Shown in pieces: positions 30,669 through 39,227 of a DNA stretch of 64,000 nucleotides. The stretch comes from Candidatus Gottesmanbacteria bacterium. Lineage in GTDB: Bacteria > Patescibacteriota > Microgenomatia > UBA10105 > UBA927. The stretch covers positions 1,925 through 65,924 of the forward strand of contig JAUXTO010000017.1 in assembly GCA_030679255.1 (NCBI GenBank), read 5' to 3'. Made by a program: the position numbers and the translations under genes. Under the pieces are notes generated by a model that saw only the letters and a list, made by a program, of their open reading frames with translations, was not told the DNA's origin and did no database searches. How positions within the stretch are numbered: the first letter of the stretch is position 1; every line of letters begins with the position of its first letter.

Positions 30669-31263
30669 TAAACTCGCCGCGTTTGCCGATACCTTCGTCC
30701 TGGCCGGAGGCACTGCCATCATGCTTCAGATTGGTCATCGGAAGTCATTTGACTTCGATTGTTTTTCTCTCGACTCGCCTCCCAAAACAATTCTTCCCAA
30801 AGTGAAGCGCGTATTCGGCACGAACGTCTATCCAACGATCCAAACCCGAGACTTTCTCACCGTCTATACGCCGGAGCATGTTGAACTAACTTTTGCAAAA
30901 CACCCTTTTAAACCACTACGGCCTATCATGCAAACATCGTCCATCCCGCTCTTTCATATGGATGATCTCGTTGCAAACAAAGCCTATACCATCGGCAGGC
31001 GTCCGGCGTGGAGGGACTACGTCGATCTATTTTTTGTTCTGAAATGGAATCTCTATACGCTGGAAAATGTGATACAACTCGCAGAAAGAAAATTTTCAGG
31101 AGAATTCAACGCAAAGCTTCTCCTCCCTCAACTTACCTATTTTGAAGATATAAAACCCGCAGAAACTACATTTTTGAAAGAATCCTACAACGATGAGGAG
31201 ATCAAGGCGTTTCTCAACGATCAGGTGGACACCTACCTGGCAACCATCTTGCCACAAAAATAA
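30616..31263 (+). CDS. AbiEii/AbiGii-family nucleotidyltransferase toxin, copy 1
   Basis: LAGGTAIMLQIGHRKSFDFD, ANKAYTIGRR..WRDYVDLF, QLTYF.D. Confidence 0.88.
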   Translation: MSHLFLDQLDPERQRVFDKLAAFADTFVLAGGTAIMLQIGHRKSFDFDCFSLDSPPKTILPKVKRVFGTNVYPTIQTRDFLTVYTPEHVELTFAKHPFKPLRPIMQTSSIPLFHMDDLVANKAYTIGRRPAWRDYVDLFFVLKWNLYTLENVIQLAERKFSGEFNAKLLLPQLTYFEDIKPAETTFLKESYNDEEIKAFLNDQVDTYLATILPQK

Positions 31264-31330
31264 CTTGTAGGATATTCAGGGACCGTCCCTAAATTACAAA
31301 AGTCAAGAAAATGGGGTATACTTCCTCTAT

Positions 31331-31630
31331 ATGGCTCATCCGCCGAAGTCGCTCCAAGCAGTACTGAAATCTGCAGCAATAGAAGACCTTGATTTGGAAA
31401 AAAATAAAGCCTATATCGTACACCAAATACTGGCATTCGGCTCGTGGGAACAAATGGTATGGTTACTCAATTATTACGGAGCCAATATGGTGCGGGAAGT
31501 CTTTCAAAAACAACCGATGAAACTCTATTCTCCGCAGGCCTTTCACTTTTCTCAACTTATTCTCAATACCCCTGATGCGCTAACACACAAAAATCATTAT
31601 GACCAAACTCTTTCTCGAGATCTTGGATGA
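31331..31630 (+). CDS. Putative antitoxin, DUF6922-like, copy 2
   Basis: MAHPPKSLQ...LDLEKNKAYIVHQILAFG. Confidence 0.78.
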   Translation: MAHPPKSLQAVLKSAAIEDLDLEKNKAYIVHQILAFGSWEQMVWLLNYYGANMVREVFQKQPMKLYSPQAFHFSQLILNTPDALTHKNHYDQTLSRDLG

Positions 31631-32243
31631 CGCGCGGATATCTGTTCTAAAAAAATTAAGCGCATGCGCAAAAGACGCAGTACTTGCCGGTGGCACTTCT
31701 CTTGCTCTCCAGATAGGACACAGAAGATCCTTTGATTTTGATCTTTTTATCCCACGACCCATTCCGCGTACGCTCTACAAATCCATCCAAGAACTGTTCC
31801 ATGAATCACCCATGAAACATGTCGACACAGGAGACCAACTCACCGTAGAACTATCCTCCGGGATAGAAATCACATTTCTCTATTACTGGTACGCACCGCT
31901 TTATCCACCAATTCCCATGGCTGCACTTCCGCTTTGCGACAAGAGCGATATAGCCACAGACAAAGCAATGACCATCGGGAGACGCAATGCATGGCGCGAT
32001 TATGTAGATTTCTTTTTTCTTTTGAAAGACCGGCATGTCACACTCGCACAAATCATCACTGATGCCGAAAAACGCTTCGGAAATGAATTTTCGAAAAAAC
32101 TCTTTTTACAACAACTCTCCTACACTGGAGACATAAAAGATTTTTCTATTACCTATATCGGTGGCATTCATACACCACAGGAAATTACAGAATTTTTGGA
32201 ACGGCAAGCAAAAAATTACGCAACATCATCATTGCCGCTGTAG
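31599..32243 (+). CDS. AbiEii/AbiGii-family nucleotidyltransferase toxin, copy 2
   Basis: LAGGTSLALQIGHRRSFDFD, DKAMTIGRRNAWRDYVD. Confidence 0.88.
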   Translation: MTKLFLEILDDARISVLKKLSACAKDAVLAGGTSLALQIGHRRSFDFDLFIPRPIPRTLYKSIQELFHESPMKHVDTGDQLTVELSSGIEITFLYYWYAPLYPPIPMAALPLCDKSDIATDKAMTIGRRNAWRDYVDFFFLLKDRHVTLAQIITDAEKRFGNEFSKKLFLQQLSYTGDIKDFSITYIGGIHTPQEITEFLERQAKNYATSSLPL

Positions 32244-32272
32244 CCGCCTCCTTCTTCATATCTGACTATCAC

Positions 32273-32647
32273 TTAAGAAGATTTTTTTATGACAAAGGCA
32301 TCGGTCAGAAGCCGCGACTGCCAATCGTACGCTTGGGCGACGTGTTCGGGGTTGCCTAATTTGACGAGCTCCTGGCTGATGAGTCGCGCCAAGTGATATC
32401 CTCCCAACGCTTCGCGATCAGCAGTTTGGACAAACAACGGGTGATCACGGTTGATAAAAATGATGCCTCCCTCCACAAAGCTCTAGCATGCCAAATTCAT
32501 GCCACCGATTTTGACGACACTCGCATCAGCGTCGTAGGCGTTGGCGACCAACTCCCGCACGAGATCCAGGCTCTCCGCACAGAGCCGGGTGCCGATAGTC
32601 GTCAGATGCGACTTATCAAGGGTAATGGGGATGGTAGACTGCTGCGC
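32273..32647 (-). pseudogene. Internally deleted GHKL (HATPase_c) ATPase remnant, copy 1
   Basis: LYAE-like...RELVANAYDADA N-box followed by an in-frame TAG (32483-32485) and a C-terminal fragment; the start codon position reads GCG. Confidence 0.7.
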
Positions 32648-32672
32648 GGGGCTATTATATACCAAATATTCT

Positions 32673-32771
32673 GACAACGCCGTCATGATCGGAGCTGCTG
32701 CCTTTTTTAAAGGTATATCCACAGATTGGCCCACAATTACTGCTACTCCTGATCTGGTTGTAGAAATATAG
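32673..32771 (+). repeat. Diverged duplicate of the tsaD 3' end
   Basis: Translates DNAVMIGAAAFFKGISTDWPTITATPDLVVEI*, versus tsaD DNAVMIAACAYFNGESTNWRNITAAPDLSVEL. Confidence 0.9.
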
Positions 32772-32782
32772 ATATAAAATTT

Positions 32783-33091
32783 TTATTCTTTGGGAACGGA
32801 AGCCACGCTAACGCGAGGAAGAATACCTTTTTTATGATCTGCTATCTGCTCTACCGATGGGTTAAATACAACATATGATACCGGTCTTCCAGTTGTCAAA
32901 TCGATGACAGATCCACTAATCACGGGACTCCCGTCCGATAAATTTTCAGCGAAATTTGTTAGTGCGGCACCAAGACTTCCTGTGTCGAACAGCGTATTCA
33001 TCCCATCATGTTTTGCCTTTTCAACTCGCGCCTCTAAAACAATTTTCTCGAACGCATCTTCAACTCGTTCTAAGTCTCCTAGATTTGACAT
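32783..33091 (-). CDS. Orphan hypothetical protein 2
   Basis: 102-aa ORF with GGAGGAG RBS. Confidence 0.7.
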   Translation of the reverse strand: MSNLGDLERVEDAFEKIVLEARVEKAKHDGMNTLFDTGSLGAALTNFAENLSDGSPVISGSVIDLTTGRPVSYVVFNPSVEQIADHKKGILPRVSVASVPKE

Positions 33092-33137
33092 ATAAAACTC
33101 CTCCCTTTTTCTACTTGGTAATCTTAATTAATTTAAA

Positions 33138-33168
33138 ATCCTACTCTCTCTCTCTGGAAAAATGTCAA
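33138..33168 (-). promoter_or_regulatory. Promoter with (CT)6 spacer, copy 2
   Basis: Minus strand TTGACA-19 nt-TAGGAT. Confidence 0.55.
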
Positions 33169-33181
33169 GGAAGTGGGGTAT

Positions 33182-33253
33182 CCAGGTAGTAGAAACTCGA
33201 CTGCATCCCAAAGTGATGCACGATCTATCACTTGTCGAGTTTTCACTACCTGG
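33182..33253. mobile_element. 72-bp MITE-like element, copy 2
   Basis: Identical by eye to 30259-30330, including flanks through ATGGCTCACCCACCGAAG-like sequence. Confidence 0.7.
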
Positions 33254-33267
33254 TATACTTGGGATAT

Positions 33268-33573
33268 ATGGCTCACCCACCGAAAGATCTCCAAGGGGCC
33301 CTCTGGTCAGCAGAGGTCAACACAATGGATTTGGAGAAAGATAAAAATTACATCATCCATCAGGTCTTTTCACACGGATCACTGGAGGATATGTTCTGGG
33401 TCTTGCGAACCTATCCCCGAGATAGCATCCGGCACGTCTTCGCCACAGTACCGTATAAAGACTACCGCGCACCACGGTTTTACTTCATAAAAAACTTCCT
33501 TCTTAATCTGCGAGATACTCCCATGAACGAACATCGTTATGTCAAAAATATTCCTCGAGATATTAGATCCTGA
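33268..33573 (+). CDS. Putative antitoxin, DUF6922-like, copy 3
   Basis: MAHPPKDLQGALWS...DLEKDKNYIIHQVF.HG. Confidence 0.78.
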   Translation: MAHPPKDLQGALWSAEVNTMDLEKDKNYIIHQVFSHGSLEDMFWVLRTYPRDSIRHVFATVPYKDYRAPRFYFIKNFLLNLRDTPMNEHRYVKNIPRDIRS

Positions 33574-34189
33574 ACGACAAAAAGTGTTTAGACAGCTCGC
33601 CGAGTTCCGTGGCGACGGGTATCTTGCCGGCGGCACCGCCCTTGCGCTACAACTTGGTCACCGCGTGTCGATTGATTTTGATGTATTCACCTATAAAGAG
33701 GTAAGTACGCGCCTCCGATCTGCCATTGCAAAACATTTTTCCATACAACAGGTTCATCTCAACACATCCGATCAATACACCTTCACGACCCATGGGAATA
33801 TCGAAGTGACCTTCGTATGGTTTGACTACCCGCTCATCCGTCCACTTATACCAACGCCATCTATCTCACTGGCTACAATAGTAGATATCGCAGCAAATAA
33901 AGCAAACACGCTCGGACTTCGCGCGGTGTGGCGGGACTATGTAGATCTTTTCTGGCTTTTGCGCGAAGAGGGCATGGTACTCCAAGATATTATTGCCTGG
34001 GCAAAACAAAAATACCCTACACAGTTCGTCGAAGCGCAATTTTTGGAACAGCTCTGCTACTTTGCTGATCTTACCGTAACGCCAATACAATTTTTCAAAA
34101 AACGCTATAGCACTAACGATATCCAATCATTCCTTCAAAAAGGAGTTGGTGCCTACCTGGACACAAGGAGAAAACAAGAGCTGCGATAA
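33539..34189 (+). CDS. AbiEii/AbiGii-family nucleotidyltransferase toxin, copy 3
   Basis: LAGGTALALQLGHRVSIDFD, ANKANTLGLRAVWRDYVDLF, QLCYFAD. Confidence 0.88.
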   Translation: MSKIFLEILDPERQKVFRQLAEFRGDGYLAGGTALALQLGHRVSIDFDVFTYKEVSTRLRSAIAKHFSIQQVHLNTSDQYTFTTHGNIEVTFVWFDYPLIRPLIPTPSISLATIVDIAANKANTLGLRAVWRDYVDLFWLLREEGMVLQDIIAWAKQKYPTQFVEAQFLEQLCYFADLTVTPIQFFKKRYSTNDIQSFLQKGVGAYLDTRRKQELR

Positions 34190-34279
34190 TCTCACCGGAC
34201 AACGCCGCCGCCTACTTCCTTGCATCTCGCATCTGGCCATCACAAAACTATGCACGTGCATAATATTGTGATCTTCTGA

Positions 34280-34657
34280 TTATGAAGAAGATTTCTTTAT
34301 GACAAAAGCATCGGTCAGAAGCCGCGACTGCCAATCGTACGCCTGAGCAATCTCTCCGGAACGGGCAAGTTTGACGAGCTCCTGGGTGATGAGTCGCGCC
34401 AAGTGATACCCTCCCAACCCTTCGCGGTCAGCAGTTTGGACAAACAACGGGTGATCACGGTTGATAAAAATGATGCCTCCCTCCACAAAGCTCTAGCATG
34501 CCAGATTCATGCCACCGGTTTTGACGACACTCGCATCAGCATCGTAGGCGTTGGCGACGAGCTCTCGCACGAGATCCAGGCTCTCCGCATAGAGCCGGGT
34601 GCCAATAGTAGTCAAGTGTGATTTATCAAACGTAATAGGGATCGTGGATTGCTGCAC
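34280..34657 (-). pseudogene. Internally deleted GHKL ATPase remnant, copy 2
   Basis: GTG start just after TATAAT; RELVANAYDADA; same in-frame TAG (34493-34495) and C-terminal fragment as copy 1. Confidence 0.7.
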
Positions 34658-34808
34658 GGGACTATTATATACCAAACGCTCCTACAATTCCCCCAGCGAA
34701 AAAATCATGCCAATTTCCCTCCGGTCGGGAGTAAAATAGCATGATTTATTTTATGCCACCAATTCCGTCATGATCAGCGCCGCCGGACCGTCCCGAAATT
34801 CACTCTCA

Positions 34809-35141
34809 TTATTCCACCGAAACTACTGATATTGATCCATGTCCGTTCACATTACTCAATGTCACAGAAGGAACGCCATTATCAGGAAAAACCGTCACGC
34901 TTTTCAAGGATTCTGTATGTAATATACTCTCAAGGGTTTCCTGGGATACACGGTTCAAATCCAAACGAACTTTATCATCAGGAACATATTGAAAGGTAAC
35001 AACTAATACTTCATCATTTTCATTCGCCTCAATTATGCACTTCGCTTCACCATATGCTAGGTATTGTCTTTCTCCTGGCACCAATATTCCATGAAGAATT
35101 TCTTTGCCATCTTCTCCAATTTCAATCTTTTGAATTGCCAT
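34809..35141 (-). CDS. Orphan hypothetical protein 3
   Basis: 110-aa ORF with GGAGGAGGTG RBS; upstream region homologous to 30189-30250. Confidence 0.7.
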   Translation of the reverse strand: MAIQKIEIGEDGKEILHGILVPGERQYLAYGEAKCIIEANENDEVLVVTFQYVPDDKVRLDLNRVSQETLESILHTESLKSVTVFPDNGVPSVTLSNVNGHGSISVVSVE

Positions 35142-35177
35142 ATCATTTCACCTCCTCCAGGCAGATAGATAACTGGG

Positions 35178-35210
35178 AAGGTACTCTCTCTCTCTCTCTG
35201 CAAAAGTCAA
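35178..35210 (-). promoter_or_regulatory. Promoter with (CT)8 spacer, copy 3
   Basis: Minus strand TTGACT-21 nt-TACCTT. Confidence 0.55.
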
Positions 35211-35233
35211 GAAAAACAGTTACAATATGGAAC

Positions 35234-37507
35234 ATGGACAAAGCGTATAATCCGCAAGCAGTTGAGGAAGCCATATATAAGATGTGGGAAACCGGGGGAT
35301 ATTTTACCCCGAAATTAATTCCTAAAGAAGCCCTGCCTGCCGGCAGGCAGCCATTTTCCATCCTTCTCCCTCCACCCAACGCTAACGCTGACCTGCACGT
35401 CGGGCATGCGATGTATGTGGTCGAGGACATTATGATCCGCTATCACCGCATGAAGGGCGACCCCACGCTCTGGATGCCCGGGGCCGACCACGCAGGATTT
35501 GAGACGCAGTATGTGTATGAAAAACATTTGGCTAAACAGGGAAAGAGCCGGTTTGATTTTGACCGGGAGACACTGTATAAAGATATCTGGAACTTTGTCC
35601 ACACAAACCGCGGCTCGATGGAAAACCAACTCCGAAGGTTAGGGTTTTCGCTCGATTGGAGTCGAAACGTTTTTACCCTGGATCCTAGCATAGTTGAAAC
35701 GGTATACAAATCTTTTAAGCAGCTTTTTGACGAAGGACTTGTGTACCGCGATAAACGTCTGGTCAATTACTGCACCAAAGACGGTACCGGATTTTCGGAC
35801 CTCGAAGTCCTTTACGTCGAGCGCAATGACCCTCTCTACTATATTAAGTACGGCCCCTTCACTATCGCCACCGCCCGGCCGGAAACGAAATTCCGCGACA
35901 CGGCTCTCGCTGTCAACCCCAAAGACAAGCGCTATAAAAAGTACATCGGACAAACATTAGAAATTATGGGGCTCCTGGGTCCCATCACGATGACGGTCAT
36001 CCCTGATCCGCACGTCGATCCCAAATTTGGTACCGGCATCATGAAAGTGACACCGGCCCATGACCCGCATGATTTTGAGCTTGGACGGCAATTTAATCTG
36101 CCCGTCACTCCCATCATCGATTTCCGCGGAAAGATGGACTTTTCGTGGTTTCTCTCCCAAAAAGACATTGATCCTAAATATAGGGCACGGGCAGAAAATT
36201 ACCATGGTAAAAAAGTGGCCATCGTCCGGCCGCTCATGGTTGAAGATCTCAAAGCTGATGGACTGATGATAAAAATCGATGAAGCCTACACCCATCGGAT
36301 CGGTACCTGCTGGAAATGCGGAACCGTCATCGAGCCGCTTCCCCTGGAACAGTGGTATGTGAAAGTTGCCCCGATGACAAAAAAGGCAATCGAGGCGATC
36401 AATAAAAAACAAGTGACGTTTGTTCCGAAGCGGTTTGAAAAAACAGCCAAACAGTGGCTCACGAACTTCCATGACTGGAACATCAGCCGTCAAAATGTAT
36501 GGGGAATCCGGATCCCGGCATGGCACTGCGCACTTTGTGCGCAGAATCCGACCCGCTTCGCCAAAGCGATAGCGAGGCGAGCAAATACTACCAATAAGTC
36601 AAACGCTCAATCAATAAGACTCTCCGGATGGGTTGTGACGGATGGGGAAAAGCCAGAAACGTGTCCGACGTGCGGGGGCCGCGATCTCACCCAGGACACG
36701 GATACATTTGATACATGGTTTAGCTCGGGACAATGGCCCTTCGCAACGCTTCGCGCAACAAGAGACTTTGACTATTTCTATCCGACGACGGTCATGGAAA
36801 CGGGATATGACATCCTCCCCTGGTGGGTATGCCGGATGCTTATGCTCGGCATTCATTTAACCGGCAGCGTGCCGTTCACCACCGTCTATCTTCATGGACT
36901 CGTCCGGGATGCACAAGGTCAAAAAATGAGTAAGAGCAAAGGCAATGTCATCAATCCTCTCAAAATGGTTGATCAATACGGTGCCGATGCGCTCCGGATG
37001 GCGCTCGTGTTTGGCACGGGAGCGGGAAACGATCAGGCGCTCTCGGAAGACAAAATCCGTGGGATGCGGAATTTTGCCAATAAATTGTGGAACATTGGAC
37101 GGTTCATTGAAATGAACCTTCAAATCTCAAATCCCTATGACCAAATCACAATATACGATGAAAACATGCATAAAATGCTCAAAAATCCCAATGATAAACG
37201 GATCATTTCCCAAACGAATATGCTTGTTGCCGGAGTCACGAAGGATCTTGATCGATACCGATTCTCCGATGCTGCTCAGAAAATCTATAACTTTACCTGG
37301 CATACGCTCGCCGATGTGCATTTGGAAAAAAATAAAGAACGGTTTAAAGAAGGTGATGGTCAGGCAATAGCGGTTCTTCGACACGTCTTCCTCACGATCA
37401 TGAAACTTCTCCACCCGTTCATGCCTTTTGTGACGGAAGAAATCTGGAGCAAACTACCGAGAAAAACGACTGATCCTCTCATCATCTCCCCTTGGCCCGG
37501 GAATTGA
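35234..37507 (+). CDS. valS: Valyl-tRNA synthetase (lacks the C-terminal coiled coil)
   Basis: PPPNA..LHVGH, DHAG, ARPET, GTGIMKVTPAHD, DWNISRQ..WG.RIP, DTWFSS, KMSKS. Confidence 0.97.
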   Translation: MDKAYNPQAVEEAIYKMWETGGYFTPKLIPKEALPAGRQPFSILLPPPNANADLHVGHAMYVVEDIMIRYHRMKGDPTLWMPGADHAGFETQYVYEKHLAKQGKSRFDFDRETLYKDIWNFVHTNRGSMENQLRRLGFSLDWSRNVFTLDPSIVETVYKSFKQLFDEGLVYRDKRLVNYCTKDGTGFSDLEVLYVERNDPLYYIKYGPFTIATARPETKFRDTALAVNPKDKRYKKYIGQTLEIMGLLGPITMTVIPDPHVDPKFGTGIMKVTPAHDPHDFELGRQFNLPVTPIIDFRGKMDFSWFLSQKDIDPKYRARAENYHGKKVAIVRPLMVEDLKADGLMIKIDEAYTHRIGTCWKCGTVIEPLPLEQWYVKVAPMTKKAIEAINKKQVTFVPKRFEKTAKQWLTNFHDWNISRQNVWGIRIPAWHCALCAQNPTRFAKAIARRANTTNKSNAQSIRLSGWVVTDGEKPETCPTCGGRDLTQDTDTFDTWFSSGQWPFATLRATRDFDYFYPTTVMETGYDILPWWVCRMLMLGIHLTGSVPFTTVYLHGLVRDAQGQKMSKSKGNVINPLKMVDQYGADALRMALVFGTGAGNDQALSEDKIRGMRNFANKLWNIGRFIEMNLQISNPYDQITIYDENMHKMLKNPNDKRIISQTNMLVAGVTKDLDRYRFSDAAQKIYNFTWHTLADVHLEKNKERFKEGDGQAIAVLRHVFLTIMKLLHPFMPFVTEEIWSKLPRKTTDPLIISPWPGN
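35333..35350. repeat. Perfect 18-bp palindrome CTGCCTGCCGGCAGGCAG, in frame in valS
   Basis: Encodes LPAGRQ. Confidence 0.8.
36551..36582. repeat. 32-nt hairpin of the CCCGCTTCGC-N10-GCGAGGCGAG family, in frame in valS
   Basis: ACCCGCTTCGCCAAAGCGATAGCGAGGCGAGC; encodes TRFAKAIARRA between the two CxxC pairs. Confidence 0.85.
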
Positions 37508-37516
37508 AAATTTCTC

Positions 37517-38443
37517 TCAAGGAGTAGGTTGTAGCGTCCCCGTCGGAGTGACTACCCGCGTCGGTGTTGGTGTAAGGGTCGTGAGAGACTGCAGATTTTT
37601 TTCGACCGTTGCGACGATTTTTGTAAATACCGCCTCATCGCCCACAAAGTCTACCGTTAATCCCGCTGGGGCGAAATTATTCATCTCAAGAGTCATTCCG
37701 TCATCAATTTCGATCATAAACCCATGCATACTGCTAAATGTATATCCACCGACGGTAGACCCTCCAAAATTTCCGGTATATTCGAGCGCTTTCTTTCCAT
37801 TCGTCAGCACCACCTGCTTTATGACAAATGATTTGCCGGATGCGTCGGTGAGCCCTACATTGCCCCGCGCATCAACGAGGAGCTGTCCCCGCCCACGGGG
37901 AGCGACGGTGAAACGCGATCCACCCGGAAGATATGTCCCCTGCGACGCGCAGTTTCCACCATCACAGATTGGCGGCAGGACGTCAGGAGGAAGTTGAAAG
38001 GTGACCCCTACAATCGGTTGTTTGGTTGTACCACTGACGACCGGATAGGATATCCACGCGTCCGATCGCGGTGCTATCGTGGCTGTGGGAGTCGCTGTGG
38101 GAGACAAGAGATTAATAACATAGGGCGTTGGGGACGAAGTCGGCGTGGGCTGAATCGTTTCCGCGACTGTTGAACGTTCAGACCGCGAACCCAAATATTG
38201 ACGTAAAAACACACTTATCCCCATCCCGACGGCAAAAAGTAACAAAAAAAGGATCATCATGCCGATCGTACTTCCAAACGAATGATGTATGGGTTTTGGC
38301 AGCTCGGACGGAAATGGTATTTCCTGTGGAGGTTCCTGGGGGACGGACTCAATGACCGGCGTTTCTTCGTAGGTTAAGGATGATGGTTGTGCTACGTTCG
38401 AGTTTTGCGGTTGAGACGAGACTCCGGCAGGTTGATCGTCCAT
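37517..38443 (-). CDS. Single-pass membrane protein with Pro/Thr-rich linkers
   Basis: TM helix at about aa 60-82, PTPT tracts, extracellular domain containing CDGGNC. Confidence 0.75.
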   Translation of the reverse strand: MDDQPAGVSSQPQNSNVAQPSSLTYEETPVIESVPQEPPQEIPFPSELPKPIHHSFGSTIGMMILFLLLFAVGMGISVFLRQYLGSRSERSTVAETIQPTPTSSPTPYVINLLSPTATPTATIAPRSDAWISYPVVSGTTKQPIVGVTFQLPPDVLPPICDGGNCASQGTYLPGGSRFTVAPRGRGQLLVDARGNVGLTDASGKSFVIKQVVLTNGKKALEYTGNFGGSTVGGYTFSSMHGFMIEIDDGMTLEMNNFAPAGLTVDFVGDEAVFTKIVATVEKNLQSLTTLTPTPTRVVTPTGTLQPTP

Positions 38444-38494
38444 ATTCTATGATTGTGACATCGGTACCCCTCCCATGTCAACGAAGTGAACTAT

Positions 38495-39223
38495 TTAGAT
38501 CCGCTTCATGAGGCACACCGTCATATTATCGGTGACGCCAGAGTCCTGCGCGCAGTGGAGTATAGTCGCCGCCACATTGGAAAGTTCTGTCGCGCTTATT
38601 TCGCTTTGCTTCAAGAGTTCCGAACATTTTATTGTATTCATAACCTGCCCAACTCCGTCCGTCACCATGATCAGGCTATCACCTGCAATAAAATCTCCGG
38701 TAACGACCGATGGGATAAGTCCATAACGGGTTGTCCCAATAGCCTTTGTCAAAGATCCTGATGCATCAACATCTTCTGTAGTCAATTTTGTCATCACGCC
38801 CCCCCGCACGAGATATGCACTACTGTCGCCTACGCTCCCGATATAAAAATGCCGGTCGATAATAATGCAGACAAGCATCGTAGTCCCCATGCCTCCTCCA
38901 AATCCTTCTTCCCGTTGTTTCTGCCAAACGCTCATGTTGGTTGTGCGGAATATTCTTTGCAGTAATAATTTCCGGTCTTTCCAGTACGTATGCTTTTGCC
39001 GGACAAGACGATAGGCCCACACGGCCGTATCTCCGGCAAGCTGGGACGCTACCTCCCCTTGAGGGAGTCCTCCAACCCCGTCACACACGACAAAACACTC
39101 ATCGTTAAAATTGATGAAATAATCTTCCTGTGTCTCTCGCCCGCCCTGGAGTTGACTGGCAGCAAAAATGATGGGAGCGGCGGGGGGACGCTCATGAAGA
39201 AATGATGAATCGGAGATGGCCAC
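38495..39223 (-). CDS. PP2C/PrpC-family Ser/Thr protein phosphatase
   Basis: RETQED, VCDGVGG, GMGTT, VGDS, LTKAIG, TDG, DNMT. Start uncertain. Confidence 0.88.
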   Translation of the reverse strand: MAISDSSFLHERPPAAPIIFAASQLQGGRETQEDYFINFNDECFVVCDGVGGLPQGEVASQLAGDTAVWAYRLVRQKHTYWKDRKLLLQRIFRTTNMSVWQKQREEGFGGGMGTTMLVCIIIDRHFYIGSVGDSSAYLVRGGVMTKLTTEDVDASGSLTKAIGTTRYGLIPSVVTGDFIAGDSLIMVTDGVGQVMNTIKCSELLKQSEISATELSNVAATILHCAQDSGVTDNMTVCLMKRI

Positions 39224-39227
39224 TGTA

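Noticed and set aside
30250-33490. ORFs beginning MGYPGSRNSTASQSDARS (30250, 33173) and N-terminal extensions MSSFHYLVYLGY
   Set aside because: They are translations of the duplicated hairpin element; the real starts are at MAHPPK.
32483-34495. Genome-wide TAG recoding suggested by the shared in-frame TAG
   Set aside because: Other genes end normally at TAG (e.g. 32243) and no conserved gene has an internal stop.
29786-35216. Classical integron, prophage or CRISPR array
   Set aside because: No integrase or phage genes, the 72-bp hairpin lacks RYYYAAC/GTTRRRY attC ends, and there are no regularly spaced repeats with spacers.
35234-37507. ValS lacking the C-terminal coiled coil as a pseudogene
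   Set aside because: All catalytic motifs are intact and the ORF ends cleanly after the anticodon-binding domain; short forms are plausible in reduced genomes.
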